Shown here in pieces: positions 36,441 through 47,039 of a stretch of 64,000 nt of DNA; position 1 is the stretch's first letter; each line of letters begins with the position of its first letter. The notes beneath the pieces were generated by a model. It was not told the origin of the DNA. It did not search any database and saw nothing but the letters and a program-made list of their open reading frames with translations. The translations under genes and the position numbers were made by a program. Source of the DNA: an uncultured Saprospiraceae bacterium (GTDB taxonomy: Bacteria; Bacteroidota; Bacteroidia; Chitinophagales; Saprospiraceae); NCBI GenBank assembly GCA_964522505.1, contig CAZFWJ010000011.1, positions 4,851 to 68,850 on the forward strand. The letters are read 5' to 3'.

Positions 36441-39089
36441 ATGGCCCTCACTAAATGCTTTCTGCCGATCTGCCTACTCCTCTCTATCATTGACTTGGCT
36501 ACAGGCCAAGCCGATTTAAACCCTGAACGATTTGCATTCGAGCCTGAGCTCGCCTATAATGATGAGATCCTAAGTCCTTCAGAATATCTGGGCTATGATT
36601 TAGGGGAATCATTCACCCTATATGCCAATGCCACGGCCTATTTTAATTATTTGGCGCAATCATCCGATCGAGTGGTCATGAATTCTTATGGCGAGACTTA
36701 TGAGGGTCGCAAGCTGTATACAGTCGTAATCTCTTCGCCGCAGAACTTGGCGAATATCGATGAACTCAAAGCCGCAAACCTCGAGCTGGGGGACCCAAGA
36801 ACGATTTCCGCTGCACGAGCAGATGACATTATAAAAGATAAGCCTGTGTTCGTATCCTACAGCTATAATATCCATGGCAATGAAGCGTCGGGCACGGAGG
36901 CTGCCCTACAGGTGAGTTATCGATTTGTCGCTGCTGAAGATCAGGAGACTGAAGATATATTGGACAACAGTGTTCTCATATTTTACATCTGCATCAATCC
37001 CGATGGGAGAGATCGCTATGTGTACTGGTATGAGGGCATGAAGCGCTCTGTCACTGGGATACAACCTCGAGATTTGGACCACTATGCGCCGTGGCCTAAC
37101 GGACGGACGAATCATTATTGGTTTGATCTCAATAGAGATTGGATATGGGGCATACATCCAGAGTCAAGAGGTCACACAGGTGAGTACGTCTCGTGGATGC
37201 CCCAGATCCATACGGATTACCACGAGCAGGGATACAACGCCAACTATTTTACCGTGCCGGGCACGACACCCCGCAACCTGTTGTTGCCAGATCAATATGA
37301 GCCGTTGGCGGATACGATCGGCAAGGCTAACATCGCCGCATTTGATGAGCATCGCATCAATTATTTTACAAGAGAGGCATTTGACTTCTTTTATCCAGGA
37401 TATGGCTCGAGCTATCCCAGCGTCATGAATGCCATTGGTATGCTCACCGAGCAAGGCGGTATTGCCGCAGGTCGTGCTGTGACGACAGACGATGGGCAAG
37501 TTCTGACGTTGAGACAACGGATCTTTGACCACTACACCACGTCGGTCGCCACAATTAAAAAATCAGTCGATCAAAAAGAACTCTTTAACCGATACTACTA
37601 TGAGAGCAGTAACCCAAAGAACTCAAAAAGCAATACCAAATCCTATCTACTCATAAACGATGGTGGGCCCTATCTCGACGAGGTAACCAATATCCTATTA
37701 CATCACGATGTGGAACTGTATGAATCTGATGGCAAGCAACAAGCGACTGGTCTATACTCCTATCGCACAGATCAATCAGAAACGATCAATGTACCAGATG
37801 GTTCTATCATCATCCATACAAATCAACCAAAACATCTGCTGATCAATAGCATCCTCAGCAAGCAGATGATCATCGAAGACTCAGTCATGTACGACATGGC
37901 GACCTGGTCTGCACCGATAGCTTATAACTTGGAAGCCTATAGTTCCAATCGAACGATTAATCTGAATAGCAATCGGATGATGGTGGGAAAAGAAATGACG
38001 GGATCATTAATCAATCCTGATGCGAGCTATGCCTATGTGATTGATTGGAATCAGCGATATGCACCCAAAGCACTCTCTATGCTGTGGAATAGAGGATATC
38101 GTGTCCGATCCTCGCAAGAGGCATTCAGCTATCAGGATCAATCATTCCATCCGGGAAGTCTCATCATATTACAAGGTCGCAATCTTGATCTAAAGAACAG
38201 TTGGACCACTGATATGCGTGAAATAGCCGATAAAACAGGTGTTGCGATCATCGGCATGAACACAGGTCGAATGTCTACAGGAAATGATCTGGCGTCTCGG
38301 AGCAGCAAAACATTGGACCAGCCGAGGGTCGCTCTATTAGTCGAGCCGCCATTTAGCACCTACACATGTGGTCAGCTCTATTACTTGTTTGATCAGGAAA
38401 CAGAGTTGGCAGTAGATCGCGTCAGGACCTCTATATTATCTCAGACTGCCATGCCCAAGTTAGGCAGTAGGTATGGCTATGCTGATCTCAATGATTATGA
38501 TGTATTGCTGCTGGCTGGCGGCGGTAACAATCTCTCCAAAATATTTAAAGAAGACCAGCAAAAACAACTGAAAGACTGGGTCAGCAATGGTGGGGTCATT
38601 GTCGCTACCGAAAGTGCGTCATCCTTCTTCACTAAAGAAAATTCTATGGTGGGTACCGTTGAAACCATGGAATCCAAAAAAGATAGCAGTGACACTGTTA
38701 AGTACTTGAAATATGCAGCCAGGACGGATTATTTTGGAAAGAAGCGCATTCCTGGGTCAGCACTCTACAGCCATGTAGATATCAGTCATCCATTGGCCTT
38801 TGGACTCAAGGAAGATCTGTATTCTTTATCTTTTAATGGAAAAGCCTTAATACCCAACTCATCCTTAGAGACTGTTGTGCACTATGAGCAAGATGCTAGC
38901 AAACTCCTAGTATCGGGCTATGCCTCACAAGAAAACTTGTACCATCTGGCAGGTCTCAGCACGGCGGCAGTGGAGCGGATAGGGTCTGGTAAAATAGTTC
39001 ACCTTGTAGATAATACCCAATACCGAATGTTTTGGCGTGGTCCATCCAGAATGATGCAAAATGCCGTAATGCTTCTTCCTTCATTTTAA
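36441..39089 (+). CDS. M14-family zinc carboxypeptidase, large secreted form
   Basis: Signal peptide from the ATG at 36441. Zinc-binding motif YSYNIHGNEASGTEAAL. Long C-terminal extension. Confidence 0.85.
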   Translation: MALTKCFLPICLLLSIIDLATGQADLNPERFAFEPELAYNDEILSPSEYLGYDLGESFTLYANATAYFNYLAQSSDRVVMNSYGETYEGRKLYTVVISSPQNLANIDELKAANLELGDPRTISAARADDIIKDKPVFVSYSYNIHGNEASGTEAALQVSYRFVAAEDQETEDILDNSVLIFYICINPDGRDRYVYWYEGMKRSVTGIQPRDLDHYAPWPNGRTNHYWFDLNRDWIWGIHPESRGHTGEYVSWMPQIHTDYHEQGYNANYFTVPGTTPRNLLLPDQYEPLADTIGKANIAAFDEHRINYFTREAFDFFYPGYGSSYPSVMNAIGMLTEQGGIAAGRAVTTDDGQVLTLRQRIFDHYTTSVATIKKSVDQKELFNRYYYESSNPKNSKSNTKSYLLINDGGPYLDEVTNILLHHDVELYESDGKQQATGLYSYRTDQSETINVPDGSIIIHTNQPKHLLINSILSKQMIIEDSVMYDMATWSAPIAYNLEAYSSNRTINLNSNRMMVGKEMTGSLINPDASYAYVIDWNQRYAPKALSMLWNRGYRVRSSQEAFSYQDQSFHPGSLIILQGRNLDLKNSWTTDMREIADKTGVAIIGMNTGRMSTGNDLASRSSKTLDQPRVALLVEPPFSTYTCGQLYYLFDQETELAVDRVRTSILSQTAMPKLGSRYGYADLNDYDVLLLAGGGNNLSKIFKEDQQKQLKDWVSNGGVIVATESASSFFTKENSMVGTVETMESKKDSSDTVKYLKYAARTDYFGKKRIPGSALYSHVDISHPLAFGLKEDLYSLSFNGKALIPNSSLETVVHYEQDASKLLVSGYASQENLYHLAGLSTAAVERIGSGKIVHLVDNTQYRMFWRGPSRMMQNAVMLLPSF

Positions 39090-39837
39090 ATTGAATGATG
39101 TTTTGAAGACATGGTGGGCACTGTGATCGGAATCAGCATTGCGATCCTTGTGAGAATAGAGATATTAGGGGGAGGTATCAGACGTAACGCAGAGTAGCAG
39201 AGAAGGTGGTTCCGTTCATGGCCACGCTCTTCGTACTCTGTGCAATCATCGTCTTAGGGATTGAACTTTAACATCGTAGATCATGATAGCATGGATCATC
39301 TAAGAAGCATTCACACCGATGGCAGGAATCACTGGGGGAAGCAGCGCTGTTATCATCCCAGGATTCAGAAGAGCAGTATTGTCGAATAAAGCTGGGGCGG
39401 GATCCGTAACTTATCGTAACAACGTCCAATATCGTCATGCTATTCATGCCGTATTGTTCGCTTTATGTTAGTGGCTGGATTCTTTTAAGCTATTTATATG
39501 ATTCACCAATTCTATGTGGTACTTTTCTTTTAATTCCATTTTTATCAGCGAGTTAAATATTTCAATTGCATTTGCATCAACTCTTTGTTTGAATACTTCT
39601 GTAGAATAATTTTTAAGAGTTATTAGAAGATCTTTTTTTGCATTTGCTGTATTGATCTAACATGGGTGGTGGCTTCCAACATTTTAGATTATTGATACCC
39701 ATTTTGGGGCTCCCTGCCAATAGAATTACATTATTCGGGGCAATTCTACTCTTAGTCACTTGAGGTCAATTTATTTTGTTTTTCGGCTAAGGCTCTTATA
39801 TCTTGACGCCCATAGAATTACAATCTTCAATCGACAC

Positions 39838-40278
39838 ATGAACATCATAAAAGCATCATTACAGCATCTCGATCTACTTGTACCATTGTTCGATGGATAC
39901 ATGGTATTCTACAGGCAGGAGTCGGATGTGGATAAGCATCGGACATTTTTGCAAGAGCGGATAGAGAATAATGAAGCACATATCTTCATCGCCACTGATG
40001 CTGATGGCGCAGGTATGGGATTCACACTTCTCTACCCTGCATTTTCATCGGTGAGTCAAGCACGTATTTATGTACTCAATGACTTATTCGTACATCCGGA
40101 TCATCGCAGGCTAGGGGTGGCCGCTGCCTTGATGGATGCTGCTGCTGCTTATTGCAAATCAACCGGCGGTATTCGCCTTCATCTTGAAACAGAAAGTAGT
40201 AATGTCTCAGCACAAGCACTCTATGAAAAGGAAGGCTGGATCAGAGAGACGGGTTACTTCTACCAATTAAAAGTGTAG
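39838..40278 (+). CDS. GNAT-family N-acetyltransferase
   Basis: Start placed at the internal ATG (MNIIKASLQHLD..). Acetyl-CoA-binding motif HPDHRRLGVAAALMDAA. Confidence 0.85.
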   Translation: MNIIKASLQHLDLLVPLFDGYMVFYRQESDVDKHRTFLQERIENNEAHIFIATDADGAGMGFTLLYPAFSSVSQARIYVLNDLFVHPDHRRLGVAAALMDAAAAYCKSTGGIRLHLETESSNVSAQALYEKEGWIRETGYFYQLKV

Positions 40279-40286
40279 CTCTGATA

Positions 40287-41495
40287 ATGACTAAATTACT
40301 AGAAGTGTATAAGACTGTCTCATCAATATCGGTGTTCATATCGATATGCATCCTGATCACTGCATGTCAACAGAAAGAACGAACTCCTATAGAGCTACCC
40401 GAATTATCTGCATCTAGTATATCACCGCTCAGAAGTGAATCATTTCACGATGCACCATTGGTCTATCATCACGATTATGGCACGACCATCCATCATATGA
40501 AAAGAGCGCCTGATTATAGCCTTCTAGCGCATACTGATACTTCTCACTCTCACACTCCGACCATCAGCGTCTATGCGAATAGCCAATTTGAATTTGAAGT
40601 TGATATTAAACATGGCCACTCTCCTACAGCAGGCGCACTCAGCAAGGTTGACACCGTATTTGTTACTTCTGATATCGAAGGTAATTATCGGGCCTTTGTC
40701 TCTCTCCTCGAAGGAAATAGAGTTATAGACTCGGCTAAAAACTGGATATATAATGACAATCATCTGGTGTTGATCGGAGACATGGTAGATCGAGGTGATC
40801 AGGTCCTACAAGTATTATGGTTGATCTATAAGCTCGAGGCAGAAGCAGCGAGCCATGGCGGGGCTGTGCATTATTTGCTCGGCAATCATGAGGTGATGAA
40901 CCTGAGGAGCAGCTACAGGGCCCAAAACACGGCATATGTCCATTCAACGTATAAGCAGTATGCCAGAACACTGGATATACCCTATCATGAGTGGTGGGAC
41001 AATAAAACTGAATTAGGTAGATGGCTTAGAAGCAAGAATACGGTCTTGTCTATTGACGGTGTCCTCTTCGCGCACGGTGGCTTGAGTAACCGAGCGGCAG
41101 GCCTGGGATTATCTCTTGAAGACATGAACCAACGCATCAGAACATCAATGTCTACTGAGTCTGAAGATATGGATAAAGTAGCGGCACTATTGCACAGTTC
41201 TGAAGGGCCATTTTGGTATCGTGAGATAGCTGATCAAAAGATCAGCCAGAAAAAAATCCAAAAAATCATCCATACCATGAAGGCGGATCAGATGGTAATA
41301 GGACACACCATAGTCGAAGGTCATCATATTACGCCTATCTACGAGGATAAAATCATACCCATAGATATGCATCATAGCGAAACCTTTAAAAAAGGAGTAG
41401 TGCGAGCTCTACTGATAGACGGTACAGGGTTCTATGAAGTTGACAACAAGAGACAGTCTCAACTATTATTTACCCATCATCCTATCGAGATATAG
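40287..41495 (+). CDS. Membrane-anchored calcineurin-like metallophosphoesterase
   Basis: 402-aa ORF. N-terminal TM/lipobox ITAC. Motifs SDIEGN, GDMVDRG, GNHE, AHGG. Confidence 0.85.
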   Translation: MTKLLEVYKTVSSISVFISICILITACQQKERTPIELPELSASSISPLRSESFHDAPLVYHHDYGTTIHHMKRAPDYSLLAHTDTSHSHTPTISVYANSQFEFEVDIKHGHSPTAGALSKVDTVFVTSDIEGNYRAFVSLLEGNRVIDSAKNWIYNDNHLVLIGDMVDRGDQVLQVLWLIYKLEAEAASHGGAVHYLLGNHEVMNLRSSYRAQNTAYVHSTYKQYARTLDIPYHEWWDNKTELGRWLRSKNTVLSIDGVLFAHGGLSNRAAGLGLSLEDMNQRIRTSMSTESEDMDKVAALLHSSEGPFWYREIADQKISQKKIQKIIHTMKADQMVIGHTIVEGHHITPIYEDKIIPIDMHHSETFKKGVVRALLIDGTGFYEVDNKRQSQLLFTHHPIEI

Positions 41496-41527
41496 TTATC
41501 TTTAATCATCATCAATCTAGCTCAACC

Positions 41528-42544
41528 ATGCTGTTCAGACTTTTACTAGGTCTATCGACTATAGCCACTCTGATATATAGCTGTCAGTCTGAGACCTCTC
41601 AAACTGACAATATTCTAAGTCAAAGCATATTCGATTATATGCACAACGCTGACAATCCTACGTTAACGCTTTCTGGAGATCTGTCACATTTATTCGAGGC
41701 AGGAACTATTAAGGAAGAAACTGGTAAAGAACACTATCATGATGCCTTGCTCTCGATCAGCCACGGCAATCAAATCAAAAATATTCCCACTCGGATAGCT
41801 AAGCGAGGCGTCACAAGAAAGAGCATTTGCGACTTTCCACCAATTAAGCTCAAGTTTAAGAAGGACACTTTGTCGACGCACGATTTATCTGATTTTAATA
41901 CCTACAAACTCGTCACGCACTGCATAGATAGTCTCGAAGAATTAGTGCTGAGCGAATTGATCGTGTATCAGCTCTATAATCATATTACAGACAACAGCTT
42001 CAGAGTGAAACGGGTCAATATGATTTATAAGGATGACGTTACGCAGACTGGATCAAAACATGTTGCTTTTCTAATTGAAGAAGATCAAGAGCTAGCCCAT
42101 CGGCTCGGCGCAAGTCTATATAAGGATAAAATCAAATCATTGGATAGAAAGCAGTATGCCGAAATGGTGATATTTCAGTATATGATCGGCAATACTGACT
42201 GGAATCTCACAAACGGCCACAATATGAAGTGGATACAGCATTCTACACTGCCCTCGCCCACTCCAATACCCTATGATTTCGATTTTTGTGGCTTAGTAAA
42301 TGCTCCACATGCAAGTCCCCATCCCAATATGCCGATTGAGAATGTCAGAAATCGCATGCTGCAATGGAGAGGTAAGACAAAAAACGAGCTAAAGGAAGTA
42401 GCTGCAAAATTTGTGTCAGAAAAAGAAGCGCTTTATAGTATAATCACCAACACTGAAGGATTATCCGAATCACGTAAGGCAGACATGATCGGATTTCTCG
42501 AAGAGTTCTACGCTGAAATCGCCAACGAGGAATTTTATAAGTAG
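41528..42544 (+). CDS. Hypothetical lipoprotein
   Basis: 338-aa ORF. Lipobox LIYSC. No family recognised. Lies 32 nt after the phosphoesterase gene. Confidence 0.55.
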   Translation: MLFRLLLGLSTIATLIYSCQSETSQTDNILSQSIFDYMHNADNPTLTLSGDLSHLFEAGTIKEETGKEHYHDALLSISHGNQIKNIPTRIAKRGVTRKSICDFPPIKLKFKKDTLSTHDLSDFNTYKLVTHCIDSLEELVLSELIVYQLYNHITDNSFRVKRVNMIYKDDVTQTGSKHVAFLIEEDQELAHRLGASLYKDKIKSLDRKQYAEMVIFQYMIGNTDWNLTNGHNMKWIQHSTLPSPTPIPYDFDFCGLVNAPHASPHPNMPIENVRNRMLQWRGKTKNELKEVAAKFVSEKEALYSIITNTEGLSESRKADMIGFLEEFYAEIANEEFYK

Positions 42545-42551
42545 CGTTCAT

Positions 42552-42595
42552 AAAAAAAGCCCCAAATCATATGACTTGAGGCCCTTAATTTATTT
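42552..42595. terminator. Candidate bidirectional terminator between convergent genes
   Basis: Stem GCCCCAA/TTGAGGC (42559-42565 / 42576-42582, one mismatch). Flanked by A7 on the left and T-rich CCTTAATTTATTT on the right. Confidence 0.4.
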
Positions 42596-42612
42596 GTGGT
42601 TATTCGCTCTGA

Positions 42613-42951
42613 TTAAGCGTATACAGATTCTTTCTTAAACTTCTTAACGAGTAAGTAGTAAAACATAGCTCTATACTTATTTCTATTAGATGAACCAAAC
42701 TGATCCACAACACCTGCTATTGCATCGTCTAATTTGGCATCGTCTTTCAAGCCTAATTTCTTGATCAAGAAATTGGTCTTTACTCTACCTAATTCTTCTT
42801 TATCTGCCGAAGATACCTTAGATGCATCCGCATTGTAGATAGAAGGGCCACAACCTTTGGCTACCTTAGTCAGCAGATCAGAATCATAGGAGATCTTTAA
42901 TTTGTCAAACTCTTTCTTATAGGTTTCAATACATTCATCAAATTTGCTCAT
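42613..42951 (-). CDS. DUF2853-family protein
   Basis: 112-aa soluble ORF. N-terminal MSKFDECIETYKKEF... layout matches my memory of DUF2853; needs HMM confirmation. Confidence 0.55.
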   Translation of the reverse strand: MSKFDECIETYKKEFDKLKISYDSDLLTKVAKGCGPSIYNADASKVSSADKEELGRVKTNFLIKKLGLKDDAKLDDAIAGVVDQFGSSNRNKYRAMFYYLLVKKFKKESVYA

Positions 42952-43039
42952 AATGCTTTTGATTTATTATAAAATAAAATACTTATCACTTAAACTTAAA
43001 GAAAACAATTTTTATTGAGTTCTACCCCAACAACTGTAT

Positions 43040-43714
43040 ATGAATAATGCAAAAAATATCTATATGTGTGATGAGGTGTCCAAAGTGCGTGAGCTATATA
43101 AGAACATCATCTCGTGGCCATATGAATACGATTCAACTTTTGCATTCATAAATGCCATGGCCATTAGCCATTATCGACAATATGCCCTCGGATATCCGCC
43201 CAGTATTACAGAGCTCAAGAGTTGGCACCCTGAATGCATCAGCAAGGACTATAAGCACATCATGGGCTTAGAATTGTCCCAAGATGACATACAGTATGCT
43301 CAAGCACGTCAATATGGATTTAAGGATTGGGAAGACCTTATAATTAAGGATAGTCCTATCGATCTCGCTTTTGAACGTGCCGTTGACGCCATCATTGAAG
43401 GTAATGAGTCTCTCTTGCGGCAGCTGCTCTCGGAACATCCTGACTTATCACAACGGTCATCCAACTTCGGTCATCGTGCCAAGCTCATCCACTATATCGC
43501 AGCCAATGGCGTCGAAACTTATCGTCAAATCATTCCCTTTAATTTAGTGGCAATAACAGAGCTGTTATTGGATCAAGGCTGCGATCCATATGCCGATCAT
43601 AATATCTATGGTGGCAATGGTAATATCATAGATCTGATAGCGACAAGTGCCCACCCAAATGAGGCTGGTGTTGCTAAAGACCTTATGACCCTGATCCGAG
43701 GTTACAGCTCTTAG
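43040..43714 (+). CDS. Hypothetical protein with ankyrin-repeat-like C-terminal half
   Basis: 224-aa ORF. The segment ..LLSEHPDLSQRSS..HYIAANG..ELLLDQGCDPYA.. resembles ankyrin repeats. Confidence 0.5.
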   Translation: MNNAKNIYMCDEVSKVRELYKNIISWPYEYDSTFAFINAMAISHYRQYALGYPPSITELKSWHPECISKDYKHIMGLELSQDDIQYAQARQYGFKDWEDLIIKDSPIDLAFERAVDAIIEGNESLLRQLLSEHPDLSQRSSNFGHRAKLIHYIAANGVETYRQIIPFNLVAITELLLDQGCDPYADHNIYGGNGNIIDLIATSAHPNEAGVAKDLMTLIRGYSS

Positions 43715-43757
43715 GTCTGACCTTTTTTCTGTAGCTTAAAGGCATAAACAAATTGCT

Positions 43758-45056
43758 ATGAAAGTTCTACTCGTTCTGTTCCTATCACTGAGCATTTCCT
43801 TAACTATGGAGGCTCAATCTACCCTACACTCGACCATCGACAAGCTCGCATTGGAGATCAACGATGATGTCATCGATTGGCGACGCCACTTCCATGAAAA
43901 TCCAGAACTCTCCAATCGTGAATTCAAAACAGCCGAAAAGATTGCAGCACACCTAAATAAACTCGGATTAAAGGTTGACACAGGTATTGCCATTACAGGT
44001 GTGGTAGCTGTATTGGATACTGGCAAGCCAGGACCAACAATTGGATTAAGAGCAGATATAGATGCACTGCCCGTCACAGAACGGACTGCTATACCATTTG
44101 CATCAAAAGAGAAAACGACATTTTTGGGTCAGGATGTAGGAGTCATGCACGCCTGTGGACACGACACACATATTGCCATGCTGCTGGGTGTCGCAGAAAT
44201 CATGGTTGATATCAAAGATCAACTCAATGGTAAAATAGTGTTCGTATTTCAGCCAGCAGAGGAAGGTGCCCCTCCGGGAGAAGAAGGTGGCGCTAAGCTG
44301 ATGGTCAAAGAAGGACTAATCGAAAGATATGGCATCGAAGTTATGTTTGGCCAACATATCAATTCTGCCACTCCTGTAGGCCATATCAACTATAAGTTGG
44401 GCGGTATTATGGCTGCGGCAGACCGATTCGTGATCAAGGTAAAAGGGAAGCAATCACATGGTTCGCAACCTTGGGCAGGCGTGGATCCTGTTACAGCAGC
44501 AGCACAGATCATCCAGGGACTCAACAACATCGTAGCACGTCAGACTATGCTCACCAAAGAAGCCGCTGTGATCAGTGTTGGTAAGATCTCTGGTGGCCAA
44601 CGTAACAATATCATCCCTGAAGAAGTAGAGCTCATCGGAACGATCCGAACACTCGACGTCGATATGCAAAACACCATCCATGAAAAGATCCATCTGACTG
44701 CGCAAGCTATAGCAGAAAGTTCAGGCGCCACAGCAGAAGTGACCATTGACAAGTATGCTCCAGTGACCTTTAATGATCTTGATCTCACAAGGAAGATGAT
44801 CGGCTCGATATATGCGGCTGCTGGCGAAAACAATGTTCACGTCATACCTGCTGTTACTGGAGCGGAAGACTTTTCTTTCTTCGCGGAGAAGATCCCTTCA
44901 CTCTATTTCTTCACAGGTGGTCAAGATCCAGATGCAAAGCCAGATGAAGTGTTCCCCCATCATACGCCAGACTTTTACATCGACGAGCGTGGACTGATTA
45001 CCGGAGTTAAGGCGATGAGTTATCTCGCCGTAGACTACCTCTCGGCAGGCCAATAA
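43758..45056 (+). CDS. M20-family amidohydrolase (N-acyl-amino-acid amidohydrolase-like), secreted
   Basis: 432-aa ORF. Signal peptide. Motifs RADIDALP, MHACGHDTH, FQPAEEG. Confidence 0.88.
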   Translation: MKVLLVLFLSLSISLTMEAQSTLHSTIDKLALEINDDVIDWRRHFHENPELSNREFKTAEKIAAHLNKLGLKVDTGIAITGVVAVLDTGKPGPTIGLRADIDALPVTERTAIPFASKEKTTFLGQDVGVMHACGHDTHIAMLLGVAEIMVDIKDQLNGKIVFVFQPAEEGAPPGEEGGAKLMVKEGLIERYGIEVMFGQHINSATPVGHINYKLGGIMAAADRFVIKVKGKQSHGSQPWAGVDPVTAAAQIIQGLNNIVARQTMLTKEAAVISVGKISGGQRNNIIPEEVELIGTIRTLDVDMQNTIHEKIHLTAQAIAESSGATAEVTIDKYAPVTFNDLDLTRKMIGSIYAAAGENNVHVIPAVTGAEDFSFFAEKIPSLYFFTGGQDPDAKPDEVFPHHTPDFYIDERGLITGVKAMSYLAVDYLSAGQ

Positions 45057-45075
45057 GGTATAGCATCTTTTGAGT

Positions 45076-45828
45076 ATGGGATTTGAAAATAAGGTCATCG
45101 TAATAACGGGAGGAACTCGGGGCATCGGAGCATCTATCGCAACGACATTTGATAGATTAGGCGCAAGGTTACTGTTGATCTATAAGACAAATGAGAAGGC
45201 TGCCATCAGCTTCCTAAATGAACTCAATGGTGATCACCAAATCTATCAATGCGATATAAGTGATCCTGAACAGGTAGAGGAACTCGTCGATGATATCCAC
45301 CAAGAATTTGGTCAGATAGATATCTGTATCAATAATGCTGGTGTAGGATTTCATCATCCTATCGATGAAGTTAACTACACACAGTGGCAGGAGAGTTGGC
45401 AACAGATCATGAATATCAATCTTATAGGGCCGTCTAACATGAGTTATAAGGTAGCACAGGTTATGATGGCTCAAGGCAGTGGCAGAATCATCAACGTATC
45501 CAGCCGTGGCGCTTTTAGGGGCGAACCATTAATGCCAGCATATGGTGCATCCAAGGCAGGCCTTAATTCTATGACGCAGTCGTTGGCGCATGCACTATCT
45601 CAGCATAATATCTTCGTAGGCGCCGTGGCACCAGGATTCGTTGAGACTGATATGTCTCGCCCTCGATTACAAGGCGCTGTAGGTGAAGCAATCAAAGGTC
45701 AGAGTCCCATGAACCGGGTTGCTAAACCAGAAGAAGTCGCTCAGGCAGTACTACTCATGGCGCAGTCCAATCAATGGATGACTGGCAGTATTTTTGATGT
45801 GAATGGAGCGTCATATTTTCGTACCTAA
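45076..45828 (+). CDS. SDR-family oxidoreductase
   Basis: TGGTRGIG cofactor motif and catalytic YGASKAG (YxxxK). Start taken at the ATG 6 nt inside the TTG-initiated ORF. Confidence 0.88.
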   Translation: MGFENKVIVITGGTRGIGASIATTFDRLGARLLLIYKTNEKAAISFLNELNGDHQIYQCDISDPEQVEELVDDIHQEFGQIDICINNAGVGFHHPIDEVNYTQWQESWQQIMNINLIGPSNMSYKVAQVMMAQGSGRIINVSSRGAFRGEPLMPAYGASKAGLNSMTQSLAHALSQHNIFVGAVAPGFVETDMSRPRLQGAVGEAIKGQSPMNRVAKPEEVAQAVLLMAQSNQWMTGSIFDVNGASYFRT

Positions 45829-45969
45829 CATGCAACTTTACTCAGTTTTTATCTTATCCAATTCTTAATCTTATGAATAAAACTCTTAAGGACTTCTAAA
45901 AATTCAAAAAGTCAGGCAACATTATCTTGCACTCAAACATAGTATGATTGCAATCACGTAAAGAACATT

Positions 45970-46788
45970 ATGAGACAACCAGTATTGATTATCCTATTAA
46001 GCATCTTAAGCTTTGTAGTTTTTGGGCAAACCAACTATATCCAGACTGCAGAAGATTTGATCACGGCATTTAAGGAAGGAGAACCTTATGAGCAGTATGT
46101 CGAGACCCTGAGAAATTCAACATTTGATGAGTTGCGAGAAGAGCTCGATACAGATGATAAGAGGTTTGCCTTTTGGATCAACATCTACAATGGTTATATC
46201 CAGGTAGAATTGAGAAATAATCCTGAGCTCTATGACAAGAGAAATAAGTTTTTTGCTACTCCAGCTATCGAAATAGGAGGAAAGACTTTGAGTTTTAGCG
46301 ATGTAGAACATGGCATCATCCGTAGAGGGGAATGGCTTGCTGGATTGGGATATATACGCAATCCGTTTCCAAGCAGATTCAAGAAGAAACTTAGACCTAA
46401 AAAAGGAGAGTATAGAGTTCATTTTGTTTTGAACTGTGGCGCAAGAAGTTGCCCCCCAATTCCAATTATGGATCATACAATAATCCAAGATCAGTTTGCC
46501 GAGGCAACACGGCGATACCTTCCTGATTACACGTCTTACGATGAGGGTTCTAATGAAGTACTTACTACACCTTTATTCTCTTGGTTTAGAGGCGATTTTA
46601 AAGGAAAGAAAGGAACAAAGAGAATACTTGAGGAGCATGGTCTTATTCCTACTAGAAAAGTCAAACTTAAATATGATGGATATGACTGGAGTCTGATGTT
46701 AGACAATTTCATTGATCTCGCAGACGGTAGTTTTAATCCAGATAAAATGAAAGAATCAAATACCAAGGAAGTAACTAGTTCCCATTAA
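45970..46788 (+). CDS. DUF547-domain protein
   Basis: 272-aa ORF. Signal peptide. FAFWINIYNGY and HFVLNCGARSCPP motifs as I remember for DUF547. Confidence 0.7.
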   Translation: MRQPVLIILLSILSFVVFGQTNYIQTAEDLITAFKEGEPYEQYVETLRNSTFDELREELDTDDKRFAFWINIYNGYIQVELRNNPELYDKRNKFFATPAIEIGGKTLSFSDVEHGIIRRGEWLAGLGYIRNPFPSRFKKKLRPKKGEYRVHFVLNCGARSCPPIPIMDHTIIQDQFAEATRRYLPDYTSYDEGSNEVLTTPLFSWFRGDFKGKKGTKRILEEHGLIPTRKVKLKYDGYDWSLMLDNFIDLADGSFNPDKMKESNTKEVTSSH

Positions 46789-47039
46789 TATTTATCTGAT
46801 TAAATCACGCCATTTCGATCTAGTTCCTTTTCCATTCTTAACATCGATACAAGTAAGTATACTTCATGAATGTAACTCGAACAACATAAATTCTGAGTCG
46901 CATGTGTTATTATGGTCTGAAGACTCAAAACGTCCATGAGACAATCCTCCTCTGCTCTCAAAACAAAATCACAATTGCGCTGTGCAATTATTATCATCCA
47001 TTGCGCTTATTCTTTTTTTAGGTGGTGTAGCTTTACCGT

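Noticed and set aside
46800-46997. 65-aa minus-strand ORF between the DUF547 and MATE genes.
   Set aside because: It is Cys-rich and low-complexity, has no motif, and sits in the likely promoter region of the MATE gene. There is no supporting evidence.
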